The notes under the pieces were generated by a model. That model was not told the origin of the DNA and made no database searches. It worked only from the letters and a program-made list of their open reading frames with translations. Source: Azolla caroliniana (Eukaryota > Plantae > Polypodiophyta). Taken from it: a stretch of DNA of 64,000 nt. The stretch is from positions 14,632,001-14,696,000 of the forward strand of contig JBHGNT010000007.1 of the NCBI GenBank assembly GCA_043228905.1, in the 5' to 3' direction. The stretch's first letter is position 1. Every line of letters begins with the position of its first letter. Below, piece by piece: positions 1 to 13,400 of the stretch. The position numbers and the translations under genes are program-made.

Positions 1-2645
1 AGCTTTATATTTTATAAAGTTATCATCACCCCTTTTCAACTTAAACACCCATTTATTTTTCAAAGCTTTCCTACCCTTAGGAAGTCCAACTAGCTCAAAT
101 GTGTTATTCTTTTTCAAAGAATTAATTTCTTCATGCATGGCCTCTACCCAACTATCTTTGTCTTTAAGAGTTTGCACATCATGAAAACTTTCCGGTTCAC
201 CGTCATTAGTGAGTAAAACATATTCAGAGCTAGGATACCTCATGGATGGTCGTCGTTCTCTAGTAGATCTCCTTAAAGGTTGATTTGCCACCTCTTGTAA
301 TGGGAGTTCCTCCCCCCGCTCAAGACCTGTCTCTCGCAAAACAACATCATTACTAGCATCATCTATAATCAACGGCTCAACAACATCCTCATGTTGCTCT
401 TCTTGTTGTGAGGCACTCTCTTGTGTATCATCATCCATCATAGGAATTGGTTCAATATCTACTAGGTCACCATCTGAAGGGGTATTTGACCTTTCCGCCT
501 TGTCAATGTCCTCAATGGTTTGGTCTTCGATGAACACTACGTCACGACTCCTAATAAGCTTCTTTCCCACAGGATCGTAACATCATCTTGACCATATCCA
601 ATAAAAATGCATTGTTTAGATTTAGCATCTAACTTTGATCTTTCATCCTTGGGTATATGCACAAAACACTTACACCCAAACACACGTAAATAATCATAAG
701 AGACATCTTTACCATACCATACTCTATTTGGTACATCACCTTGCAATGCGGTAGTAGGAGATAAATTAATGATATGTGCAACAGTATTCAAAGCCTCACC
801 CCAAAATGATTTAGGTAACCTTGCATTTGAGAGTAAGCACCTAACTCTTTCAACTAAGGTTCTATTCATTCTTTCGGCCAAACCATTTAATTGGGGAGTC
901 TTAGGAGGGGTTCTTTGATGTTTGATACCTTGCTCTCGACAATACGCATCGAAAGATCCACAGTATTCGCCACCATTATCGCTACGAATACACTTCAGTT
1001 TCTTCCCTGTTTCTCTCTCAACAAAAACATGAAACTCTTTAAAAACATCAAAAACTTGATCTTTTGATTTCAACATTCGAACCCAAAGCTTCCTAGAATG
1101 ATCATCAATGAAAGTAACGAAATAAAGTGCTCCACCCATTGACCTTACCTTCAAGGGTCCACACACATCAGAATGCACTAGATCGAGTATACCTTTTCGT
1201 CGAAGAGAAGAATGCTTAAAGGAAACCCTCTTAGCCTTCCCTGCCAAACAGTGATCACATGTATCTAACTTCACATCTTTTAAACCTGGTAGGACGTTCT
1301 TTTTTGCTAGAAAGTCAAGTCCCTTTTCACTAATATGGGACAATCTCTTATGCCACAATTTTGAAACATCTTGATTTTCAACTGCATTGACAAAGTCAGT
1401 AGAGACAGAAGCTTGCAAAAGATATAGACCATTATGACAACATTTATTAGCTTTCGCAATAATCATAGAACCCTTACAAATTTTCCACTTACCATTTTGA
1501 GACGCATGACTATAACCCTCGTCATCTAATGTACCTGTGGAGATTAGATCCAATCTAATATCGGGCACGTGTCGTACTTGATGTAGAATCAGCTTGAATC
1601 CCGTGTTGGTTTGCAAGCAAATGGTTCCTATGCCGACTACCTTTGCAAATCCATCATTCCCCATCTTCACAACACCATAGTCACCTGGAGTGTAAGATGA
1701 GAAAAAATCCCTTCTGGACGTAACATGGTGGGAGGCACCACTATCAAGAACCCAAGTGGTTTCATGGCTACTTATGTTAACTTCATTGTAACTTGTACAT
1801 ACAACAAGTAAATCATTAGAGGAAGCAACATTAACAGAATCGATATTGTCATTCACATTTTTCTTATCTTTCATGTAGTTCGACACCTTATTTTCCTTCT
1901 TCCATTTGAAACAATATTTCTTTATGTGACCTGTCTTACCACAAAAATGACAAACTAAATCTTTATATTTAGACTTTGACTTACTTCTACTTCTACCTTT
2001 GTTGTTTCGGTCATCACTCCTCTTTTGGCTTCTTCCTCTATTTTCTGCAACGAAGGCGTCCATGTTTGATGTTGCTCCTTGCGTCCTTCGCCGAATTTCT
2101 TCATTTAGAATTCCACTCTTCACAAGTTCCATTGTCATGCCTTCCTTAGGAGCCGCACTAGCTAGAGTAACCCTAAATGTTTCCCATGACTCGGGAAGAG
2201 TATTTAGCAACCATAAAGAAAGAACTTCTTCTTCAAACTTTATACCCATGCTAGACAATTGATCAAAACATCCTTGAAACTCATTTAAATGATCTAAAAC
2301 CGACTTATTTTCTTTATAAGTCAAATGTATTGCTTGTTTAAGTAAAAACAACTTATTGTTACCGGTTCTAGAAGCATATAAGGTTTCTAATTTATTCCAC
2401 AAAGTCTTTGCATTTGTTTCATTCACAATATGATTCAAGACATTATCTCCTACCCATTGTCGAATGAAAGCACATACTTGTTCATTTTCAAAATCCCACT
2501 CCTCATTATTTTTCTTTTCGGGTTTAATTTTTGCAAATATAGGTAAATGCATATTTTTAACAAAAAGCAAATCTTTCATTTTTCCTTTCCATTTTTGATA
2601 GTTCGTGCCATTTAAAACAACCATTGTTGATGTGTTTGCCTCCAT
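1..2645 (-). pseudogene. Copia A gag-pol, copy 2 (gag, zinc knuckle, PR, GAG-pre-integrase, INT; frameshift; start of RT cut by window edge)
   Basis: CHFCGKTGHIKKYC knuckle, WVLDSGASHH protease, LVHSDVCGP/IRSDNGGEY integrase; frameshift at ~578 after GYGQDD. Confidence 0.93.
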
Positions 2646-2674
2646 TTATAATCGAGCAAAAAAACACAACCTTC

Positions 2675-2686
2675 GCTCTGATACCA
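2675..2686 (-). promoter_or_regulatory. Primer-binding site (tRNA-iMet) of Copia A; second copy at 7613-7624
   Basis: TGGTATCAGAGC on - strand, 2 nt after the LTR-terminal CA. Confidence 0.93.
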
Positions 2687-2688
2687 CT

Positions 2689-3538
2689 TGATGAGGTATA
2701 GACACGTAAGAGTGTAACACGCGTCACGTTTTATGCTCGATTATAATGAAAAAAGAAACACAAGAAACACACACAATGGCACAACAAAGATTACACAAGA
2801 TTTAACGTGGAAAAACCCTCAATGAGGGAAACAACCACGGGACAAAAGTCCAAAACCAATCCACTATCAAGAAAGAGATACAACACAAAGTACAAGTTCT
2901 ACTTCTAGATATACTAGAAATATGTAGAGATATGTAGCATAATACTACCGACAAAAATGGTACAATAATCCAAAGGGATAAGACTATCTCTCAAGCATAT
3001 AGTAGAAAAGAAGAGAGAAGAAAACCCGGATAAGAATGTCCACAAGTCGAAGTAGTAGCCGTGTAGATCTCACGTTGAGTAGCGGAGATGGAAAGAAGAT
3101 TAAGAGTAGATGAGTCGAGCACCAAGCTTCACCAAGCTCCACCAAGCTTCACCAAGCTCCACCAAGCTCCACCAAGCTTCACCAAGCTTCACTAAGCTTC
3201 TCTATGCTTCACAATGCTTCACTCTCCTTCACGCTCTCATACTTTGTTCTCATCTCTTCCCATATATATATATCTCCTTTCCACCTTCTCTTTGTCTCTC
3301 TCAAAACAAAAACGGTCGTTTTGTTTTATTTTACTCTTTATTATTATTATTACTATTATTATTTTCTTTCTTTACTCACTAAAAAACGTAACTTACATTT
3401 ACCCTTTTAAAGAATAAAGTAAGGGTAATAATTACTAAAGAAACAAAACTTTTGTTTTGTTTCATATTACTATCTAATAATAATAATAATAAATGTTATT
3501 AAAAAAAACAAAACAAAATAGTGACCGGATAATTAACA
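2689..3538 (-). repeat. Shared (middle) LTR of Copia A, 850 bp
   Basis: TG...CA ends; PPT GGAGGGGGAG at 3541-3550 upstream and PBS downstream on - strand; near-identical to 7627-8486. Confidence 0.95.
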
Positions 3539-3579
3539 ATCTCCCCCTCCGGTCACACAAGGAGAGAATTGCTTGTGTC

Positions 3580-6500
3580 TCAATTCATCTCCATTCCGGC
3601 AAGCTTGGCACATAGCTCAAGCTTCTCCCTTGGAACCACCTTTGTTAGCATGTCAGCAATGTTGTCATCAGTGTGAACTTTCTCTAGTTGCAACTTTTGC
3701 TCCTCGATAGCTAATCGTAACCAATGATACCTCACATCAATATGTTTTGTTCGTGAGTGATACATTGAGTTCTTGCTTAGGTCCATTGCACTTTGACTGT
3801 CACAAAAAACCACATAAGTTAATTGGCTCAAACCCAATTCTAAAAGAAACCTTTTCATCCAAAGCATTTCTTTGCCAGCCTCAGTTGCCGCAATGTATTC
3901 AGCTTCCGTAGTGGACAAGGCAACACACTTTTGCAATTTGGATTGCCATGATATAGCTCCCCCTGCAAAAGTAAATAAGAAACCGGATGTAGATTTTCTA
4001 CCATCAAGATCTCCAGCCATGTCCGCATCTGTAAAGCCTTCAAGAATTGGTTTAGAACCTCCAAAACAAATGCACAACTTAGATGTACCTCTCAAATACC
4101 GTAAAATCCATTTTACGGCATTCCAATGAGATTTACCAGGGTTAGAGAGATACCTACTCACTGTACCAACTGCATGTGCAATATCTGGTCGTGTGCTAAC
4201 CATAGCATACATTAAAGATCCAACCGCCGAGGCATAGGGAATCGATGACATCTCATCTCTTTCCTCCTCGGTAATTGGACAACATTTCCTACTCAATTTA
4301 AAGTGAGTGGCAAGAGGAGTACTTACTGGTTTCGAATATTGCATGTTGAACCTTTCGAGGATTCTTTCTATGTACGTTTCTTGTGAAAGCCACAATTTCT
4401 TTGATTCTCTATCACGAGTTATTTGCATACCTAAAATGTGCTTAGAAGGCCCTAAATCTTTCATGTCAAAAGTTTTAGATAACTCCACTTTTAACCTATT
4501 AATCATATTTAGGTCTTGCCCAACAATTAGCATATCATCAACATACAAAAGAAGTATAATAAAATTACCATCCTCAAATTGTTTAACATACACACAATGG
4601 TCCGCATTAGTTCTTTTATAACCTTGATTCACCATAAAAGAATAAAACTTTTTATACCATTGGCGCGGTGCTTGTTTTAGGCCATAGAGACTCTTTTTCA
4701 ACCTACATACCAAATGTTCTTTCCCTTTCTCTTTAAAACCCTCTGGTTGTTCCATGTATATTTCCTCATCTAGGTCACCATGTAAAAAAGCAGTTTTCAC
4801 ATCTAATTGTTCAAGTTCAAGGTTTAAACTAGCTACCAAACCTAACACAATTCGTATTGAACTTAATTTCACAACTGGTGAGAAAATTTCATCAAAGTCA
4901 ATTCCTTTCTTTTGACCATATCCTTTTACTACCAAACGAGCTTTATATTTTATAAAGTTATCATCACCCCTTTTCAACTTAAACACCCATTTATTTTTCA
5001 AAGCTTTCCTACCCTTAGGAAGTCCAACTAGCTCAAATGTGTTATTCTTTTTCAAAGAATTAATTTCTTCATGCATGGCCTCTACCCAACTATCTTTGTC
5101 TTTAAGAGTTTGCACATCATGAAAACTTTCCGGTTCACCGTCATTAGTGAGTAAAACATATTCAGAGCTAGGATACCTCATGGATGGTCGTCGTTCTCTA
5201 GTAGATCTCCTTAAAGGTTGATTTGCCACCTCTTGTAATGGGAGTTCCTCCCCCCGCTCAAGACCTGTCTCTCGCAAAACAACATCATTACTAGCATCAT
5301 CTATAATCAACGGCTCAACAACATCCTCATGTTGCTCTTCTTGTTGTGAGGCACTCTCTTGTGTATCATCATCCATCATAGGAATTGGTTCAATATCTAC
5401 TAGGTCACCATCTGAAGGGGTATTTGACCTTTCCGCCTTGTCAATGTCCTCAATGGTTTGGTCTTCGATGAACACTACGTCACGACTCCTAATAAGCTTC
5501 TTTCCCACAGGATCGTAACATCATCTTGACCATATCCAATAAAAATGCATTGTTTAGATTTAGCATCTAACTTTGATCTTTCATCCTTGGGTATATGCAC
5601 AAAACACTTACACCCAAACACACGTAAATAATCATAAGAGACATCTTTACCATACCATACTCTATTTGGTACATCACCTTGCAATGCGGTAGTAGGAGAT
5701 AAATTAATGATATGTGCAACAGTATTCAAAGCCTCACCCCAAAATGATTTAGGTAACCTTGCATTTGAGAGTAAGCACCTAACTCTTTCAACTAAGGTTC
5801 TATTCATTCTTTCGGCCAAACCATTTAATTGGGGAGTCTTAGGAGGGGTTCTTTGATGTTTGATACCTTGCTCTCGACAATACGCATCGAAAGATCCACA
5901 GTATTCGCCACCATTATCGCTACGAATACACTTCAGTTTCTTCCCTGTTTCTCTCTCAACAAAAACATGAAACTCTTTAAAAACATCAAAAACTTGATCT
6001 TTTGATTTCAACATTCGAACCCAAAGCTTCCTAGAATGATCATCAATGAAAGTAACGAAATAAAGTGCTCCACCCATTGACCTTACCTTCAAGGGTCCAC
6101 ACACATCAGAATGCACTAGATCGAGTATACCTTTTCGTCGAAGAGAAGAATGCTTAAAGGAAACCCTCTTAGCCTTCCCTGCCAAACAGTGATCACATGT
6201 ATCTAACTTCACATCTTTTAAACCTGGTAGGACGTTCTTTTTTGCTAGAAAGTCAAGTCCCTTTTCACTAATATGGGACAATCTCTTATGCCACAATTTT
6301 GAAACATCTTGATTTTCAACTGCATTGACAAAGTCAGTAGAGACAGAAGCTTGCAAAAGATATAGACCATTATGACAACATTTATTAGCTTTCGCAATAA
6401 TCATAGAACCCTTACAAATTTTCCACTTACCATTTTGAGACGCATGACTATAACCCTCGTCATCTAATGTACCTGTGGAGATTAGATCCAATCTAATATC

Positions 6501-7583
6501 GGGCACGTGTCGTACTTGATGTAGAATCAGCTTGAATCCCGTGTTGGTTTGCAAGCAAATGGTTCCTATGCCGACTACCTTTGCAAATCCATCATTCCCC
6601 ATCTTCACAACACCATAGTCACCTGGAGTGTAAGATGAGAAAAAATCCCTTCTGGACGTAACATGGTGGGAGGCACCACTATCAAGAACCCAAGTGGTTT
6701 CATGGCTACTTATGTTAACTTCATTGTAACTTGTACATACAACAAGTAAATCATTAGAGGAAGCAACATTAACAGAATCGATATTGTCATTCACATTTTT
6801 CTTATCTTTCATGTAGTTCGACACCTTATTTTCCTTCTTCCATTTGAAACAATATTTCTTTATGTGACCTGTCTTACCACAAAAATGACAAACTAAATCT
6901 TTATATTTAGACTTTGACTTACTTCTACTTCTACCTTTGTTGTTTCGGTCATCACTCCTCTTTTGGCTTCTTCCTCTATTTTCTGCAACGAAGGCGTCCA
7001 TGTTTGATGTTGCTCCTTGCGTCCTTCGCCGAATTTCTTCATTTAGAATTCCACTCTTCACAAGTTCCATTGTCATGCCTTCCTTAGGAGCCGCACTAGC
7101 TAGAGTAACCCTAAATGTTTCCCATGACTCGGGAAGAGTATTTAGCAACCATAAAGAAAGAACTTCTTCTTCAAACTTTATACCCATGCTAGACAATTGA
7201 TCAAAACATCCTTGAAACTCATTTAAATGATCTAAAACCGACTTATTTTCTTTATAAGTCAAATGTATTGCTTGTTTAAGTAAAAACAACTTATTGTTAC
7301 CGGTTCTAGAAGCATATAAGGTTTCTAATTTATTCCACAAAGTCTTTGCATTTGTTTCATTCACAATATGATTCAAGACATTATCTCCTACCCATTGTCG
7401 AATGAAAGCACATACTTGTTCATTTTCAAAATCCCACTCCTCATTATTTTTCTTTTCGGGTTTAATTTTTGCAAATATAGGTAAATGCATATTTTTAACA
7501 AAAAGCAAATCTTTCATTTTTCCTTTCCATTTTTGATAGTTCGTGCCATTTAAAACAACCATTGTTGATGTGTTTGCCTCCAT
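3580..7583 (-). pseudogene. Copia A gag-pol, copy 1, split by one frameshift at ~5516 (gag-PR-INT 5475-7583; INT C-term, RT, RNase H 3580-5508)
   Basis: RT motifs QLDVKTAFLHG, LKKSLYGLKQAPRQW, LLYVDD; RNase H GFTDAD, ALSTTEAEY, KHIDVRYH. Confidence 0.94.
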
Positions 7584-7626
7584 TTATAATCGAGCAAAAA
7601 AACACAACCTTCGCTCTGATACCACT

Positions 7627-8486
7627 TGATGAGGTATAGACACGTAAGAGTGTAACACGCGTCACGTTTTATGCTCGATTATAATGAAAAAAGAAACACA
7701 AGAAACACACACAATGGCACAACAAAGATTACACAAGATTTAACGTGGAAAAACCCTCAATGAGGGAAACAACCACGGGACAAAAGTCCAAAACCAATCC
7801 ACTATCAAGAAAGAGATACAACACAAAGTACAAGTTCTACTTCTAGATATACTAGAAATATGTAGAGATATGTAGCATAATACTACCGACAAAAATGGTA
7901 CAATAATCCAAAGGGATAAGACTATCTCTCAAGCATATAGTAGAAAAGAAGAGAGAAGAAAACCCGGATAAGAATGTCCACAAGTCGAAGTAGTAGCCGT
8001 GTAGATCTCACGTTGAGTAGCGGAGATGGAAAGAAGATTAAGAGTAGATGAGTCGAGCACCAAGCTTCACCAAGCTCCACCAAGCTTCACCAAGCTCCAC
8101 CAAGCTTCACCAAGCTCCACCAAGCTCCACCAAGCTTCACCAAGCTTCACTAAGCTTCTCTATGCTTCACAATGCTTCACGCTCTCATACTTTGTTCTCA
8201 TCTCTTCCCATATATATATATCTCCTTTCCACCTTCTCTTTGTCTCTCTCAAAACAAAAACGGTCGTTTTGTTTTGTTTTACTCTTTATTATTATTATTA
8301 CTATTATTATTTTCTTGCTTTACTCACTAAAAAACGTAACTTACATTTACCCTTTTAAAGAATAAAGTAAGGGTAATAATTACTAAAGAAACAAAACTTT
8401 TGTTTTGTTTCATATTACTATCTAATAATAATAATAATAAATGTTATTAAAAAAAACAAAACAAAATAGTGACCGGATAATTAACA
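7627..8486 (-). repeat. 5' LTR of Copia A array, 860 bp; flanking ATTAC (8487-8491) is the candidate TSD
   Basis: TG...CA; followed by PBS on - strand; 10-bp ACCAAGCTYC array with 9 units (7 in the other LTR). Confidence 0.93.
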
Positions 8487-8580
8487 ATTACCTCACCCAA
8501 CAAATTGAATCCCAATATTGTTAAAATTTGTTTCCAAAAATCTTAATCAATTGAGAAGTAGCCAACGAAAACAAAATCTC

Positions 8581-8837
8581 GTCAAGAAGATTCTACTCAA
8601 CCAAAGCATTTTTCAATATTTTGCCGCCCAAACATGATGACCTCAGCAGTTCATGTATAATGATGGAATATTTAAAAGAAATTGTGATCACAAGGACTCC
8701 TCTAATAAGTCGAGAAGAATTTACTCAACTAAAGAATTTTTCAATAGTTTGCTGCCCAAACATGATGACCTCTGCAATTCTTATATAATGATAGAATATT
8801 TAAAAGAAATAATGATCACAAACACTCCTCTAATAAG
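8581..8837. repeat. Diverged 128-bp tandem duplication
   Basis: Two copies of ...ctcaacc/taaag...cccaaacatgatgacctc...gaatatttaaaagaaat...ctcctctaataag starting at 8581 and 8709. Confidence 0.8.
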
Positions 8838-10279
8838 GGGTAGATTAAATTTAGTGAAGCTTATTTTTAGTGATTAAATAATAATAGTGTAATTTTACAT
8901 CAATTGTCATGCTTTGATTATTTCATTATCTCCTTATTGCACCTAATTGCAATCATGACATCACAATAACTTCCTGATGATGTGGCTTCATGATTAAGTA
9001 CTACAGTCATGTATATATACTTATACTCAATAGTAGAGGTTACCTACACTCACCAGCAATCGAAAATCTAAACCATGTTCTGGTTTATTCCCTAAGCCAA
9101 ACAAAAAACACAAAGGTTTCCTCCTAGCTAGAAGCATGTGTTTGTACTTGGAAGAACCTGATCTTTCAATTGACGGCCAATCTCAATCCACATCAATCTC
9201 CCTTCTTGTGATCTATGATCTATCTAGGAAAATCTTTGTTAACATGCCAATGGCAAAACATTGTACAACCAATTGTAAAATCATGATTCACTCAAAACCC
9301 TACAATCCATGTCTCACGCCTCCTGTCCTCGAATGCTAACATTTGAAGGATTAGGAATTCTTCCATCATGCACATCTCTTCTACAACTTTTCTTCATATC
9401 TGAAAGTTGTGTTCAATGCATAAATGTTATGTTAATAGTGGATCGGATCATAGGGTGTAACTATAACATTTTGTCATACTCTTAGTGCTTGTTTTCGTAT
9501 ATAATTTTAAATTTCTAGCGTTTTCATACCAACAATAGAGAGCTCGTTCACTCACCTAGACTCTTACCAATCTGTACACTATGATTAACAAAGCACTTCA
9601 GTATTAAAACATTGCTGATTTTGGTGAACATCACTCATTGCCATTTCCTAGGATTTGTTAAATGCCCATAATTCTTTCTTTATTGGGCAATCTACATGTT
9701 CTTCCACCCCACTTTTTACAACCCTTGCCTCCCTATAATCCTTGCTTATGAGTGATCTTACACCAACTTTGTCTTTAGCCATTTTTTATGAATATGTCAA
9801 AGAGTCCACATATGTGATGCATCTAAATTAGTTCAAAACAACTAGTGTTATCAATTAATGATAGTAAGAATACAATGGCCATACATCCACCCAGTCATAG
9901 ATTCTCATCTCCTCCATAGATACAACAAGCAATTCACTGAGTACACAGATCTTATTAGATCATGACAATGGTGATTTAAATGCGTGATTGAATAAAGCAA
10001 TGCTCAATTTCAAATAGGCTAGTATTGAAGGAAAGGGCTATTTTTTTTGTTGTCAAATATATACCCATGTAGCTCTACAAAATACATTACAAGTACTCAA
10101 TAAAACAATAGTATGTTAGTACCTCAAAACAACCAACTCCCAACTAAGCTCTCAAACCAAAGACAGGTCACACACATACACATTTTTATTAGCTTCTATG
10201 TTGGGGTTCATATAAAGAAGACCCAACATCAATAAATGTAAAATAAAGTAGTGCAAAATGGGTATTTGATCAAATAGAT

Positions 10280-10442
10280 CTATCTATACCCATTATACTG
10301 TTGTTGATTCGTGTAACTACCTCCAATGGAACCCATGCCCATGCCCATGCCCATAGGTCTCATAGTCATCGCAGGGTTACTCATTGGCATCATAGGTTGC
10401 ATCATGCCAACCCCAGGGGTCATGGGTGGACCCATGCCCATG

Positions 10443-10477
<35 letters not shown>

Positions 10478-13400
10478 GCTATGCATTGAGACAGGTGCAC
10501 TTGGAGTTGCTATTGCACTCGCTCCAGCTAAACCGAGTCCAGATCCCGAACCCATGGCTTTTCCCATGCTGACTGATGAGGTGCTTTTGTTGGTCATCGA
10601 GCTACTTCTGTTGGTCATCATTCTGTCTTCCTTGCTCTTCTCACTCTTTCGTAGAAGATCAAAATCAATACCGATACCGGCTAAAGGATTGCTTTTGGCT
10701 GCAGGGATATAATGGATGGATTTAGGTAGATATTCCATTTTCATGTATAGTTATAATTCAACGCAACTGAAAACAATTGAGAGAAACTAAGAAACGTCTA
10801 ACAATAGAATTAATTACAACAGCAGCATCTGGACATGTAATTGGCCCTATTTATATCCTTAATATTGACTCTTAATCAAGGTTATCCAATGAGCACAAAT
10901 GTAGTTAGCCTTTATATATTCATAAACCCTAGGACTAGGTCCAGACTACAGCTATCCACATGCAAATGGGCCTACCTCTAGCCCTACTATTGAATTCCTA
11001 ATAAAGGTTATGTGTGTGCATGCCATGCCTACTGTAGAAACAGGAAAACGATAAAAGCACAACAATAGAAAAGGAAAATGACAATAGCCCGGCTATAGAG
11101 AAAAGGCAAATGACAATACCCCAACTATAGAGAATAAACAAATGATAATACCCCAACTATAGAGGAAAGGAAAATAACTTACGTCCAGCAATATTCAAGT
11201 CAACCAGACCCTTGTTCAAAGTGTCAGCCCAGACGGTTGATTTTGTCTCAAACTTCTTTTCCTGAGCTGGTTTTACGAATGTTTGTCCTTCGTTTGCTAG
11301 GCCAAATGTCTGTGACAGTGTGGACACTGGAGCTGAAGGTGGATTATTAGAGCCATTCAAGAAAGCCGAAGGTTGAGTAGGAATCTGGTTCACAGGCAAA
11401 CTCACTGAAGGAGAGGGCTGGAGAGATATAGTTGAAACACCTCCAAATAGATTAACCTGGCTTCCATACAATCCATGATTAATTGGCTGACTAGGTGGAA
11501 CAGTTGCAAATGTGCTGAAAGTGTTGTTCAATGTTGGGGTTGTTCCGTGATCCATTGGAGAAGCGAAAGCAGAAACTGTTGGCGACGGTACTACATTAAT
11601 GGGTGCATTTGAGAGAGACGTCGCATCTGCTTTAAATGGGGTGTCTCCAAATACAGCTTCATTAAGTTGCTATACATCATAAAACAAGGTGTTGTAACAT
11701 GTAAGTTACGAAACAAAATAAATAAAAACGCTCTTTGTAAAATATGTTAAATGCATGATTGGAAGAAAAATATCAACCAAATGTGTTTGTGACGAGAAAT
11801 GCTACTCTCTTTGTAAAATATGTTAAATGCGTGATTGCAAGAAAAATATCAACCAAACATGTTTGTAATGAGAAATTAACCTGAAATGGAACATTGCTTC
11901 CTGGATCAGCATGTGTGAATCCAGAAGCATTAGATTCTCCAAAAGGGTTGCTCAATGGAACAGGTGGTGCTGGAAGTGCTAGCATAGCGATGATTGGTTC
12001 TTGTTGGCTAAATAGATCATCAGCTTGTGAACTGGTGGTTGGTTGTGGTGGTGATGTTGTAGATGTTGATCCTATCATCATTTTTGTATTAAAACAATCA
12101 GGAGAAAACAGAGTCACAAACATAAACAAGAAAATATTTTCTGAGGCACAATGTGAAAGCATAGCATTTATATATCATATAAGAGATGCTCCACAACAAT
12201 CCCCATCTGACACATTAATGCTTATTGATTCACAAGATTACGGTTAGATGGTAGAGGTAAAGCTTCTGGTTTTGGGGGCCAGACCTTAAAGCTAGCATTA
12301 TACTACAAAAGAAAATGCTAATAAAAAGAAACAAAATGACCTTGCCAAGCAATCATGAAAGCAAGTTCTCCATTTGAGCATTGCATACAAGATGATGACA
12401 AAGGAAAAATTTTAATACCTGAAAAAGCCCGAGGATCAAATTCCTCACTGTCAATTTTTGGTGGAGAAATTTTGTTGATATTCTCCATTTGAACTATATT
12501 AGGTTTTATTGTCTTAGCCTCCTGGTCTCTGCTGTAAAAAAGGAACAAAATTTAGTGACAAGAGTCCTACCATACTGTGTGAATAGAGAGTACATCCGCA
12601 CCTTTGACCATCAGTAGATTGATGTGCAGGGCTACTTAGGGCTTCTTCATAACTTGGAGGTGCTTCCATCCTTGAACGTGGTGACTTTCGATCAGACCTC
12701 CTAAAGAAAACATTAAAAGCCAAACTAAGTTGGGGGGGATTATAGTGATATAAAGAAGATGAAAGAAATAAAGAGCAAAAGACCTGTCATCTTGTTCATA
12801 ATCATCTTTTCGACCTCCAGAACTCCTAATAAAAGCAATCAGAATTTAAAGACAAGTAGCTCAACAAACCATCTACAACCACATGGACAAATAATAAATA
12901 AGAAAAAAATTCTGAAATACCGCTGAGTTTTTCTTTATTTCACCAAAAGCTTCTACATTACCACTATTCCCAAATACCCCTGGTCAAACCCCCAATGAGA
13001 ATGGGATGAACTCATCCCATAATTGAGGGAAAAAGGGATGAGTTAACATACAATTGCTCAAATAGCAAATATTAATAGACCAAGATGGATTTGACCAAGC
13101 AATTTCGGGACATGGGGGACGCACTGGAAAGTAAGATAAACTCAAGGGTATTTCAATGTTTCTCCCTAATAATCATACTACAGTGTGAAAGTTGTAAGCA
13201 CCTTGAAGAATTGTAGTCAGCATCACTTCGCCGATGGTTGCTCTGACCCTCTTCACGGTCATAATCTCGGTTATACTCATCTCTACCATATCGATCGCCT
13301 CCCCTTCCAGATCTATCATTGTCTCTGCCATTTCGGTCCCAATCCCTGCCTCGGTAGCCATCATCTTGATATATGTTACCATCTCTCTCTCTATTATACC

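Larger units (their letters stand above)
1..8486 (-). mobile_element. Tandem array of Ty1/Copia LTR retrotransposon A (Tnt1/Tork-like): LTR-internal-shared LTR-internal; runs off the left window edge
   Basis: 4938-bp periodicity (position 1 = 4939; ORFs 537-2645 and 5475-7583 give identical 702-aa proteins). The LTR at 2689-3538 has a PPT on one side and a PBS on the other. Confidence 0.96.

Noticed and set aside
2895-2920. HSE-like TTCTAGA in the Copia A LTR
   Set aside because: Fewer than three in-phase units
3121-3200. Regular short repeats as a CRISPR-like array
   Set aside because: No spacers; simple tandem repeat in a plant LTR
3110-3417. ORFs with TKLHQASPS repeats (also 8026-8365)
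   Set aside because: By-products of the 10-bp LTR VNTR; open in several frames
9130-9800. Possible decayed LINE or coding relic
   Set aside because: No recognisable motif could be read
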